DNA of 64,000 bases from an uncultured Nitrososphaerota archaeon (GCA_963842885.1 CAWJIE010000004.1:128001-192000), one strand, 5' to 3'; shown: positions 8,938 to 19,544, numbered from the stretch's first letter. Translations and numbers: made by a program. The notes: a model not told the origin generated them from the sequence alone.

Positions 8938-9192
8938 GTGCCTCAGCCAGTTATCCCCATGCCTATTTGTCCAAACTGTAGCAGGGCTATCGAGTTTAAT
9001 CCGCAACTCAATGAGCGCCTTGGCTATCTCGCTTATCAGCACAAGGAATCTGGAATCTACGATCAGAATGGACGCAATCAAGGAAACGAGACATTGGAGT
9101 TCTTTTGTCCCTTGTGCGGTGCTCTGGTTGCCACGAGAGAAGCTGATGCATTAGACTTCATCAAGAAAAGAATGAGCCAAATCACACCATGA
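8938..9192 (+). CDS. Small zinc-ribbon protein
   Basis: CPNC and CPLC pairs. Confidence 0.6.
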   Translation: MPQPVIPMPICPNCSRAIEFNPQLNERLGYLAYQHKESGIYDQNGRNQGNETLEFFCPLCGALVATREADALDFIKKRMSQITP

Positions 9193-9316
9193 GAGGATTC
9201 TGCTATCATTGGGTAATTTCGTTCCCTGTTCCACTTTGGGTGACGGCTTTCTCAAGTAGCTCCATCCACTTGTTCTTTCCGTTCACCCCGATTCCCGCCA
9301 CGAAAGGGCTGATTCT

Positions 9317-9344
9317 GTCTGTCTAAGCTACAGGTTGGGCGGAC
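9317..9344 (+). repeat. Imperfect palindromic 11-6-11 site B: GTCTGTCTAAG-CTACAG-GTTGGGCGGAC
   Basis: Direct-orientation partner of site A. Confidence 0.6.
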
Positions 9345-9405
9345 TTAAAAACCACCAACGGCAGTGGGCCAGCCTCCCGCCCTCATTCAGTTATTCTATT
9401 GTTTT

Positions 9406-9433
9406 CAATAACATAAAGATGATTAAGCTATTG
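9406..9433. other. dif-like (Xer) recombination site CAATAACATAA-AGATGA-TTAAGCTATTG
   Basis: 11-bp inverted arms (9/11 symmetric), 6-bp spacer, inner ATAA/TTA ends; the minus strand contains the XerD-like TTATGTTA. Confidence 0.55.
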
Positions 9434-9454
9434 AGTCGTCATCGTCGGTCAGAC

Positions 9455-9495
9455 TGATGATATTGACTTCTTTTCCAGCAGCAATAGATATCCAA
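9455..9495 (+). repeat. Right direct repeat (att-like) TGATGATATTGACTTCTTTTCCAGCAGCAATAGATATCCAA
   Basis: 39/41 identical to 4087-4127. Confidence 0.93.
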
Positions 9496-9524
9496 AAATA
9501 CCATGAGAGCTAAACAAAGACGGC

Positions 9525-10181
9525 TTGTGGGTTGTTCTTTCGCACAAACTGGGCGCGAAGACCCCCTCCTTCGGCGCGGGTCCTTCCCTCACTATAGCAC
9601 CGATCAAGGAGATGAAGACCGGCGGCTCGAGCAACAGTTACACGCTCTCCTTCCCCAATCATCTTGGCACGCACATCGACGCTCCCAAGCACGTCGACGA
9701 CGGGGGAAAGGCCGTTTCTGACTACCCCCTTGACGCCTTCGTCTTCCTTCATCCTCTTGTCCTGGAGATTCCAAAAGGCGAATCTGAGCTGGTCACCCTG
9801 GAGGAGTTGAAGGAGCACAAGGGCGAGATTGGGAAGGCGGACCTCCTTCTGCTGCGCACAGGTTTTCAGGTCTACCGAGACAGGGACCCGGCCAAGTACA
9901 TGAACATGAATCCTGGCGTGTCGGCGGAGGCAGCCAGCTATCTTGCGTCCGATTTCCCGCGCCTGAGGGCCCTGGGCTTCGACTTCATTTCGCTGTCGGC
10001 AGTTCAGAAGAGAGAGGAGGGGCGGAAGGCACACAGAGCCCTCCTCAGTGGCCGGGACTTCTTCATCATTGAAGACATGGACCTGTCAAGATGCCCGAAG
10101 AGGGCCCGCCGTGTCTTCGTCATTCCGCTCTTCGTCGAAGGGATCGACAGCGCTCCCTGCACGGTCGCAGCCGAGACATGA
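9525..10181 (+). CDS. Cyclase-family (KynB-like) metal-dependent hydrolase
   Basis: HLGTHIDAPKH motif, LLLRTG, GFDFIS, IIE, DSAPC. Confidence 0.92.
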   Translation: MWVVLSHKLGAKTPSFGAGPSLTIAPIKEMKTGGSSNSYTLSFPNHLGTHIDAPKHVDDGGKAVSDYPLDAFVFLHPLVLEIPKGESELVTLEELKEHKGEIGKADLLLLRTGFQVYRDRDPAKYMNMNPGVSAEAASYLASDFPRLRALGFDFISLSAVQKREEGRKAHRALLSGRDFFIIEDMDLSRCPKRARRVFVIPLFVEGIDSAPCTVAAET

Positions 10182-10238
10182 CCTGGTTAGAGACTTCTCG
10201 TCGCAACACAGAAAAGCACACATCGGCCAGACAGTAGG

Positions 10239-11657
10239 ATGGAGCGGACTTTGCCCAAAGCTCAGATCGGCGTGCTCGGCCTAGGCACCATGGGCGAAAG
10301 CTTGGCCCTCAACATGGCTGGAAAGGGCTTCCCTGTGGCCGTCTACAACCGCACGGCAGAGAAGACCAAGGAATTCATGCGGCGGGTCGACAAGTCGATG
10401 ACGGTCGTGCCTGCATACAGCCTTCCCGAGTTCTCCGGAGCCATTGAGACGCCAAGAAAAGTGCTGCTGATGGTGACAGCCGGTCAGGCAGTCGACCAGA
10501 TGATTCGGCAAATCTCACCTTTGCTCTCGAAAGGGGACATCCTCATCGACGCTGGTAACTCCTTCTTCAGGGACACCGAGCGTCGCGGGAGGGAGACCTG
10601 CGAAGTCGGGCTGCGCTTCCTTGGCGTTGGGGTGAGCGGGGGGGAGGAAGGCGCTTTGAAGGGACCTTGCGTGATGGTGGGAGGTCCAAAGGAGGCTTAC
10701 GCGCAGGTTGAAGCCATACTCGGGAAGATAGCCGCGCGGACTCCGTCCGGCGTGTGCTCGGCATACCTCGGCCCGGGCGGAGCAGGGCATTTCACGAAGA
10801 TGGTCCACAACGGCATCGAGTATGCGCTCATGGAGCTCATCGCCGAGGCCTACGACCTCCAGGTTACTGGGCTGGACCTAGAGGCGGGCGCCGTCAGAGA
10901 TAACTTCTCAGGCTGGAACGACCACGAACTTCAGTCGTATCTAATGGAGATCACGGTCCAGGCCCTGTCCAAGACGGATGAGGATACGGGGAGGCCTCTC
11001 GTGGAGATGATACTCGATCAGGCAAAGCAGAAGGGAACTGGCAAATGGACTTCCCAGACGGCGCTGGACCTAGGCGTGCCCATCCCGACGATCGATGCCG
11101 GAGTGTCTGCCAGGAACCTCTCAGCATACAAGGACGAACGCGTCAGAGCCTCGAAGTTGCACCCTTCTGTCAGAGTAGCCTACAGAGGCGACACATCCGA
11201 CATATGCGACGAGCTGGGAGACGCCCTCTACTGCTCTTTCATAGCCTCCTTCGCACAGGGATTCACTCTGTTGAAGGCGGGTTCGAAGGAGTACGGTTAT
11301 GCGCTTCCTCTCGACGAGATAGCCCGTATTTGGAAGGGCGGCTGCATCATCAGAGCGAAACTGCTGGACAGGGTTCAGGCGGCTTTCGCAGCTGAACCCT
11401 CCCTGGACAACCTTATGGTCGACAGCAGCCTGGAACCGATCCTGCGGAGATTTGAAGGCAGCTGGCGGCACGTCGTCCAGGTGATGAAGTCCCTGTCAAT
11501 CCCGGCGCCCGCCATGGACTCGGCCCTCGACTACTACGACTCCTATCGCAGGGAGAAGCTGCCGGCGAACTTGATTCAGGCCCTCAGGGACATCTTCGGC
11601 GCCCACACATATGAAAGGATCGACAAGGCGGGCTCGTACCACACCGACTGGGCCTAG
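10239..11657 (+). CDS. gnd: 6-phosphogluconate dehydrogenase, decarboxylating (long form)
   Basis: GLGTMG, YNRT, VSGGEEGA, KMVHNGIEY, QKGTGKWT, RDIFGAHTY. Confidence 0.97.
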   Translation: MERTLPKAQIGVLGLGTMGESLALNMAGKGFPVAVYNRTAEKTKEFMRRVDKSMTVVPAYSLPEFSGAIETPRKVLLMVTAGQAVDQMIRQISPLLSKGDILIDAGNSFFRDTERRGRETCEVGLRFLGVGVSGGEEGALKGPCVMVGGPKEAYAQVEAILGKIAARTPSGVCSAYLGPGGAGHFTKMVHNGIEYALMELIAEAYDLQVTGLDLEAGAVRDNFSGWNDHELQSYLMEITVQALSKTDEDTGRPLVEMILDQAKQKGTGKWTSQTALDLGVPIPTIDAGVSARNLSAYKDERVRASKLHPSVRVAYRGDTSDICDELGDALYCSFIASFAQGFTLLKAGSKEYGYALPLDEIARIWKGGCIIRAKLLDRVQAAFAAEPSLDNLMVDSSLEPILRRFEGSWRHVVQVMKSLSIPAPAMDSALDYYDSYRREKLPANLIQALRDIFGAHTYERIDKAGSYHTDWA

Positions 11658-11789
11658 CAGCGGGTCCCTACGCTTTACTTCGGCTGACCTCGTTGGACGC
11701 ATGTCGAATCGATGGCGCATTTCATAGACTGGAGGTTACGGTAGAAAGAAGACGGCGGACACCTCGAGTGTGGAGGCGAGTCGCCCGAT

Positions 11790-12092
11790 CTATCCAATGG
11801 CCTTCTTGACGTCTTCGCGAATCTGGTCGTCCGTCTTGCCTTCGGTCGAAATCCCCAGTTCCCACGCGGCCTTCACGAGCTTGTCATGCTCGGAGGGCTG
11901 AGGACTTGACGAGCCTTCCTTGAGCTTCTTAAGCTCCAGCTCGGACTCGACCTTCGCCTTCTGAAACTCGCCCTGGGCGCGTCCGAGCGACTTCGCCAAG
12001 TCGGGGATCTTGCCGGCGCCGAAGATCAGAACGACTACTATGACGATCACTATCAGCCATTCCGAACCTTGCAGCAGCAGTGGTGCGAACAT
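11790..12092 (-). CDS. tatA: Twin-arginine translocase TatA/E subunit
   Basis: EWLIVIVIVVVLIFGAGKIPDLAKSLGRAQGEF. Confidence 0.92.
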   Translation of the reverse strand: MFAPLLLQGSEWLIVIVIVVVLIFGAGKIPDLAKSLGRAQGEFQKAKVESELELKKLKEGSSSPQPSEHDKLVKAAWELGISTEGKTDDQIREDVKKAIG

Positions 12093-12193
12093 ATCTTCGT
12101 CGCAAAGGGTCGCGATTCCGTCTGGTTTAAGGATACCGTTAGCCATGAGACAGGTTTTTAGGCGGAGGCGCCAGACGGAAGCGCATCGACGCC

Positions 12194-12634
12194 TTGTCCA
12201 TCAAGATTAGAGAATGCCGCCACGGCGACCTCCCCGAGGTCTACGACATAGAGAAGACTTCCTTCCCCCACCCCTACGACCTCGACGTCCTCCAGGCCTA
12301 TCTGATGCGGGTGGAGTACTCTCATTTTGACGGCTTCCTCGTCGCCATTCAAGGGAACACGCTGGTCGGATACATGCTCTTCGAATACGGCCACAAGGGC
12401 CTCATAGTCTCAATGGCCGTCAGGACCGACTCGCGTCGCAAGAAAGTGGGAACCCTTCTTCTCCGTGAAGCCTTGCTGCGCCTCTCCAAGAGGTGCAAGG
12501 AGGTGACCCTTCAGGTTGGAGTATCGAACGTGGGAGCACAGGATCTCTATCGCAGCTTCGGCTTCTCCATCGAAAAGGTCCTGCCCGGATATTACCCCGA
12601 CGGAGAGGACGCGTATCTGATGGAAAGGCGCTAA
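12194..12634 (+). CDS. rimI: RimI/Ard1-like N-terminal acetyltransferase (GNAT)
   Basis: IEKTSFPHPY, RRKKVGTLL, LQVGVSN..A..LY, YYPDGEDAYLM. Confidence 0.88.
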   Translation: MSIKIRECRHGDLPEVYDIEKTSFPHPYDLDVLQAYLMRVEYSHFDGFLVAIQGNTLVGYMLFEYGHKGLIVSMAVRTDSRRKKVGTLLLREALLRLSKRCKEVTLQVGVSNVGAQDLYRSFGFSIEKVLPGYYPDGEDAYLMERR

Positions 12635-13651
12635 GGCTTGAGCATCAAGCGGCCGAGGGTGGCCCTGTCCGACATCAGCTTGTGACCGCGAGATGCCTCC
12701 TCCAACGGGAGGGTGTCGTGGACGACGGGCTTGATCTTCCCTTCGGCGGTGAGCTTCAGGGCGTCCTCGACATCCTTCTTCACAGAGCTGATGCTCCCCA
12801 CGATGGAGAGCTCTTTCAGGATCAGGACCCCCAGCTGGAACTGGACGGACGAGGGGAGGACGTTCCCGACAACGACGAGCCTGCCTCCGGGTGCGAGGCT
12901 CTTCATGCTCTCACCAAAGGTCGGACCTCCCACGGACTCCAGGACGACGTCGACACCCCTGCCGTCGGTCAGCTTCTTCACTTCGTCGCCGAAACCCTCG
13001 GTCCAGACCACCACATCAGAGGCGCCTGCCTCTTTGACGCTCTGCGCCTTCCACTCTGAGGAAGTGGCGGCGATAGCTCTCGCGCCGAGGGCCTTGGCGA
13101 TCTGCACAGCGTGGATACCCACACCGCCGCCAGCTCCAGTGACCAGGACGGTTTCGCCGGGCTGGAGGGCGGCCCGCTTCCTGAACGCGTGCATCAGCAT
13201 CCCGGTGACGCAGGCAGAGATGGCAAGCCCGGCCGACGACACGCCATCAGGGGCCTTTACGAGAGACCGGCTGTTAATCTTCACGAAGTCGGCGTAGGAG
13301 CCGTCGATGTCTTCGCCGAAGGTCCTCTTCGAGCGGCAGAGGTTCTCTCTCCCCGACAGGCAGTATTCGCACTTGCCGCACGGCTCGTAGATCAAGGAGG
13401 TTACCCTGTCCCCCTCCCTGAAGCCGGTCACTCCAGAGCCGAGTTTGGCGACCCTTCCTGCAATCTCATGTCCCAAGACCACCGGGAGCTTGGTCCTCGG
13501 GAAGAAGCCCTTGGTCGTGAGGATGTCACGGTAGCAAATCCCAGTGAGTTCCGTCTTCACCAGCACCTCGTCCGGGAGCTAGGGGGGACGGGACAGGGAC
13601 GTCCTTCAGCATTAACTCCTTGCCGATGCCTTCTAGGTACAGCGCTTTCAA
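12631..13651 (-). CDS. Zn-dependent MDR oxidoreductase, acryloyl-CoA reductase-like; frameshift ~13580
   Basis: N-terminus MKALYLEG.. from TTG 13651; CYRD, GHE, CGKCEYC..C, CVTGM, GAGGGVG, EGKIKPVV. Confidence 0.85.
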
Positions 13652-13702
13652 CGCGAATCTGTGCGCGGGATCGGCATTAATGGGTTGCTCAGTTAGCTCG
13701 CG

Positions 13703-16574
13703 CTACTCTAGGACGATGGAGGGCTTGAGCGGGAGCGGATTGAGAGCCTTCCTGCTTGATGCCGCGGATGGAATGTCTTTCAGGACCTCCACGGCCTTCA
13801 AGCCGGTCTCGGAGGCGATGAAGGGGGCTGCATCGCGGAGGACCTCCCATTCATCGAAGGCGTCCGCGGCGAGGAGCTGGCCCAGGACTTCGTCTCCTAG
13901 GCCGCGGCATAGCTTTATGACGGACTGAATGAGAGACACGACAGCCTGCCGGTCGGCAGGGGCGGCCGAGCTGAGGCCTTCCTTGATTATGTCTCCCTCC
14001 TTCCTTCCCTTCAGGAGGTTGTCAGCCACCTTCCTGAACGATCTGCAACCGCTCCGCAGAGGCGACGAAGATGGAGGCCTTCGTGGGTTGCTGCTTGACG
14101 ACCGCCAGTATGCCCTTGACGTCGCCGATGGTATTTTCCACGTCCCACTCACCCAGCAAGGCGTTGGCGTCCACCATCCTTCCCTCCGGCTCAGGCCAGC
14201 GACCGATGGAGACGAGGCCCTTCCCCCCCAGCCTCTCATTGAGCTCCTCCGCCACAAACGGGACAAAAGGAGAGAGGATGAGCGACCAAGTGCGTGCGTA
14301 CGCCCGGAGAGTCTCCTTCCTCGGAGACATCCTCTTCAGGTACCATCTCAGGTCGTTCCACACGTCAAAGAACGCTGCCTGAAATGCGGTCCTGGTCTTC
14401 AGGCCTTCCACAGCCTGCGAAACGGCCAAGACTCGAAGCTGGAGCTTGGACATTAGCCACCTGTCGATGGGGAGCTCTTCACGGTCGATGGAAGACGCGA
14501 TGGACTTCTCGATGAAGGCGGGAAGGGCCGCGATCCTGCTGCGCATGTCCTCCGCGTTCTTCAACCGCCAATCCGGGTCGTCCATCCCTTCGGCGCTGGA
14601 CAGAAGGGTGCCCCGAACGGCGTCGGCTCCCATGTCCCCGATGGCCACGGAGATTGGGATGACGTTTCCCTTCGACTTGGACATCTTGACGCCTTCAAGC
14701 TGCATCATCCCGTTGACCCCCAGCCCCCTAGGCCACTGGGGTGGCTTGAACATGGCGACATGCTGCATGATGAAGAAGGTGAGATGGTTCGGGACGAGCT
14801 CCTTGGCGCTGTTCCTCAGGTCGACGGGGTACCAGTAGAGGAACTCAGACCTCATGGCGTCGAGAGCCTTCGCAGGGATGCCGGAGCTGGCAGAGACGCC
14901 TGAGGAGTCGCCAGCGCCGAGGAAGATAAAGTTGAACGCTTCGGGGGTTAGCGATTCAGCAGTTATCCCCCGAGAGCGGATGAGATGCGCGACTGTGTAA
15001 AACGCCATGTAAATGGTTGAGTCGCTGAGCGTCTCGACTATCCAATCCTTGTCCCAAGGGAGGGGAGTGCCCAAGCCTACCTTCCGAGCGCAAGGCCATT
15101 CCCTTATCCAGTTCACGCTTTCGACGAACCACTGCCGCGCCTCTTCGGGGAAGACCTCAGCGGCGGCGACGCATTTGAGAGAGTTCTCCTTCCAGACGGG
15201 GTCACTGTAGCGGATGAACCACTGGTCCTGGAGGACCTTCACAATGCATTTGGTCATGCAACGACAGATGACCTTCTGCGGCAGCTCGAACATCTTGTCG
15301 GCCAGCCGCATCTTGATCAGCTCGCCGACGATGGCCTCCTTGGCGTCGGAAACCTTCATGCCCGAATAAGCGAGGCAGTTCTCCTTCATGGTCCCATTGT
15401 GGAACTCTTTGCTGTAGATCTCCTTGGTGGCCTCCTCGCCCTTGGGATCCAGCTGGTCGACGGCCTGGAGGGCGTTTACGGCGTCCACGGCGGGGTAGGG
15501 GCCGTACCCTGCCAAGTTGATTATCGAGATGGGGGACGTCTCTTCGATGATTTCAGGCTTCACCTTGTAGGCACGCAGTTTCTCGTTGCCGGTCTTGAGG
15601 TCCCTCAGGGCCAGCCAGTCGTAAGGCGCATGGGCGGGGACGCTGTAGACCACGCCCGTCGCGTTGTCGGTGTCGACAAAGAGCGCCGGCAGTACGGGGA
15701 TCGTCCTCTCCACGATGGGCACCACACACCTGAGGCCCAGAAGCGAGAGGGCGTCGAGCTTCCGAATGATGTTGACCGCCCTTCCCTGTTCCGTGAGCTT
15801 GGTGACGGCCTCGCTGCTGATAATCCAGTTCTCACCGTCGACCACGACGTCGGAGTAGAAACCTTCGGGGTTGACCCAGACGTTGGTGGCGCCGAAGATG
15901 GTCTCGGGCCTGAACGTCGCCGCCACCAGGAACTTGTTCTCCTGTGTGAGCCTGAACTTGACTAGGGTGAATTCCTCGGGGGCTACACCCTCGCCCTCGA
16001 GCCTGTCATGGTCGCCAGTGGGGGACTTGTCGTGAGGGCACCAAACTACAGGGTGGGTCCCTTGGACAACGTACCCCAGCTCCTTCAGCTTCTCATACTG
16101 CCATTCGACGAACTTGCTGAACGCGGGCTCGTGGCTGGAGGTGTGGAACTCCCTGCGCCAGTCAATGGACAGGCCAAGGAGCTTGACGGCGTTACGGTTG
16201 TGCTCCGTGTAGTACTCCGCCATGCGGAGGGGGTCTTTGAAACTAGCAAGCACCGAGTCAGGTATGTGGTCGATGTCCCGGAACTCGTGGACCATCAGCG
16301 GGTCTCCTCTTGACAGCCGCTCGGCCGCCGAAACTATAGGCTGGCCGGTCCAGTGCCAGGCCCAAGGGAAGAGCACGTTGAGGCCCTTCATCCTCTTGTA
16401 ACGTGCGAAGACGTCCACCCTGAGGGCCGTATACGCGTGACCCAGGTGGAGGGGCCCGTTCATGTACGGGTAAGGGAAGGTGACGAAAACCTTCTGGCGC
16501 CCCGGGTCAGGGTCAGCCTGGAAGACCCCACTGTCCTCCCATCTCTTCACCCACTTCGTCTCAACCTCGCCCAA
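13703..16574 (-). CDS. leuS: Leucine--tRNA ligase (archaeal type); frameshift ~14045
   Basis: PYMNGPLHLGH, KMSKSKGN; C-terminus KA.PLKPSI in the second frame. Confidence 0.97.
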
Positions 16575-16580
16575 GCCGGA

Positions 16581-19302
16581 TCACTGTTTGTTTGCTTCTT
16601 TGATGAGGCGAGTTATAAGGTCTCTCAGGGGCTGAGTAGTGGAGGGTATCTCGCCACCTCCCTGGGCCATCTTCGCCGAGCCGCCGCCGGAGCCGCCCAA
16701 GAGCTTGGAGGACTCCTTCACCAGCGTCGAGGCGTCCACGCCGGAAGCCCGGGCCTTCTCGCCGGCGAAGATGATGATCCGGCACCTCCCGTTGAGCCTG
16801 GCCACCCCTACGTAGACGACCTCAGGCCTCTTCTCGACGATCTGCTCTCCCATGGCGATGTGCGCCTGGTCATCGTAATAGTCCGCGTCCAGGAAGAGGA
16901 GCCTGATTCCTCCGATGTCCTCGGACAGATGGGCGATGTTGGCGGCCATCTGGGCGGAGAGCTCCTTCGAGATGCTCTTGTACCTCTTCTTGAGCTGGTC
17001 GTTTCCCTCCCTAAGCGAGCCCACAACGGAGACGATCTGCTCGGGCTGCGTCTGGAACTGCTCGGCGACGCCAAGGACCCTGGATTCCTGCTCCGCCATG
17101 TACTTCACGGCCGGCCCTCCGGCCACGAATTCGAGGCGCTCGACGCCGTCCTGCAGCCTCTCAGCCTTGAGAAGTTTGATGTAGCCCACGTCGCCCGTCC
17201 TGCTGCAGTGGGTCCCTCCGCACGCTTCGACGTCGAAGTCTCCTATCTTCTGAACACGAAGGTCCTTCGCTGGGATCACCCCTCCCTGGTAGAGCCTGAA
17301 GCCATACTTCTGCTCCGCCACGCTGCGTGGCAGGACCTGCAGGTCCACCAGGATGTTCTCGCGGACGACCTGGTTGGCGACTTCTTCGATCTTGAGCATC
17401 TCCTCTCGGGTGAGGTGGCTATGGTGGGTAATGTCAAGCCTTGCCTTGTCGATGTCCTTGTAGGCGGAATGCTGCCAGACCCATGGGCCGAGGACCTGCC
17501 GGGCGGCCCCGTTCACGATGTGTGTGGCGGTGTGGTGGCGCATCAGGATGCCCCTCCTCACCTGGTCGACCCTTCCGTGAACCATCTCGCCTTCTGCCGG
17601 GGCCTTCCCCTCGAGGACGTGGACGATGACGTCGCCGTATTTGATAACGTCGACAACCGGTATCCCGTCGATGGTGCCGAGGTCAGGCTCCTGCCCTCCC
17701 GATCGCGGGTAGAACGCCGTCTGGTCCAGCACGATGGCGTCGTCCCTCAAAGGCCCGGAGGACCTTTGCGTCGAAGTCGAAGAGTGACCTCTCTTCGTAG
17801 AAGAGGGGCCTGGTCCTGGGCAACCCTGTAGTGTCATAGAGGGGCTTCTCCTCCGCCTGCTTCTGGACGATGTGCCTCTCCGTGACCTTCATGTAGAAGT
17901 CGGAGGGGACCGTTATGGAGAGGCCGTTCTCCTTAAGGAGCTCGGGCGTGACCCCCTCGCTGTCGTAGAGGCGGATGAGATCTTCCAGCGACGGCGATTT
18001 CTTTGACTTCTGCAGCTGCTGAACAATGGAGGCGACGCGGGCCTTGCTGGCATCGTACCTCCTCTCTTCGACGCCGAATATCTGTTCCACTGAGCCGATG
18101 CCCTCGGCCAACTCCGGATACATGGGCTTCAAGAACTCGGCATGAAGCGAAGCCAGCTCCGCCAGCGTTATGTCCCAGCCGTACTCTTCGATGAAGTTCT
18201 GGGCCCTTCGGAACAGGACCCGGAGGTTGTACCCGCCGGCCACGTTGCTGGGGAGCGCTCCGTCGACTATGGCGAATAGCAGTGTCCTGCTGTGGTCCAA
18301 GAGCGAGAAGGCCGCCTCCAGTGGAGCGATCTGCGCTTCAAGTCCCTCGCCCGTAAGGCCCAGCTTCCTAGCGACGGCCTCCTTGGCGGCGATGGGGTTC
18401 TGCACCTCGGTGATGTCCAATGAGCCAGCGAGGGAATAGTACTCCGTCAATAGCTTCTGGTCTGGGCGTAGCCCCAGCCGCTTGATGAGATGGTCGTAGA
18501 CTGGGCCGAATACGGCTTCGTAGCTGGTGGGCGTCCCCCGGGTCATCCAGGTGAAACGATTCAGGCCCGCGCCCATGTCGACTATGGGGTGGGGCATCGT
18601 GACGTAGCTCTCGGGCGAGCCTTCGAATTCGGTGAAAACGGCGTTCCCGATTTCAAGGCCTCTCACGTAGTATTCCAGAGAATAGCCGAAGGCCCCATAG
18701 CCCAGCCAGACGTCCTCTACGAAGGTTATCTCCTTCTTGGGGACGCCGAAGGGTCCCGTGAGAAGCCCGTAGTCCAGCTCGATGGTCTTGTCCTTCCAGT
18801 ATCCCTGGGCGTTGTTCACGGCGTGCTGGCCCACCATGCAGAAGGAGGTGTAGTGGCGCCCGGTCACGCCCACATTCTCGATGTCGTTGAACCTCAGGCA
18901 CATCTGGGGGACGACGAGAGGGTTGGCGGGGAAGTCAAAGATTATCTTTCCGTTCTCGACCCTCTGGAAGTCGATTATGGAGGCGACTGTGAAGTAGAGG
19001 TCGGGCCTCCAGCGGGCCACGACGGGATACCTCTTCACGCTTGTGTGGCCACGATCGACGAAGTACTTCTCGATGGAAGCCCAGGCGGTGGTGTAGTCCT
19101 TTCTGACGCTAGTGGGCGGCCTGCCTATGAAAGTGTACCCTTCGCATTCGGGGCACAGAGAGGCGTCGCTGGCCGTCCAGATGAACTTGCCACAGTTGGT
19201 GCATTGTCTGCGAACGAAGCCCTCCTGGCCGAACAGGGCGACCTTGTAGTACCGGGCGTAGTCCTCGGAGAACTTGCGGCGGAGCACGTCCTTGGATGCC
19301 AA
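16581..19302 (-). CDS. alaS: Alanine--tRNA ligase (archaeal type); frameshift ~17745
   Basis: RYPVVARWR, CLRFNDIENVG.TGRH, editing HHTATH and CGGTH, C-terminal GGSGGG. Confidence 0.97.
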
Positions 19303-19376
19303 TGAGACGCTGAACTCCTGTTACGGGAGGCATGTGGAAGATGTGTTTTTAAAAGGTTTGATGAATCGGGACTAGA

Positions 19377-19540
19377 AACCGGGCCTCTCCCTGTTTGCAC
19401 AGGTTCTCGCGAACCGAAGGTGAGGAGCGTTGGCTGGCCGCCGCAGGCAGTCAAGACTTATTACTGCGGGAGGGGGATGTTCGGCTCTGGCGGGTGGTGG
19501 GGCCTCCCACCGTTCCGCTGAAGAAATCCCGGTTGGGAGG
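19377..19540 (+). promoter_or_regulatory. Highly structured 5' leader with anti-SD; riboswitch candidate
   Basis: TATA TTTTTAAAA at 19346-19354; six nested helices and an alternative CCTCCCA/TGGGAGG pairing over the SD. Confidence 0.5.
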
Positions 19541-19544
19541 AGAA

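Larger units (their letters stand above)
4087..9495. mobile_element. Integrase-less genomic island bounded by 41-bp direct repeats
   Basis: Direct repeats at both ends, visibly lower GC and different codon style, orphan and nuclease cargo, inserted between functionally linked host genes. Confidence 0.75.

Noticed and set aside
8966-8990. Third copy of the 11-6-11 site (TTTGTCCAAA-CTGTAG-CAGGGC)
   Set aside because: Lies within the codons for ICPNCSRA and the right arm is out of register; probably coincidence
8254-9344. Canonical integron attC sites
   Set aside because: The core heptamers are only 6 bp apart, far shorter than attC, and no intI is present
19395-19544. 50-aa N-terminal extension of QueT in the ORF track
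   Set aside because: QueT similarity starts after the GGGAGG SD; the upstream part is better explained as structured leader
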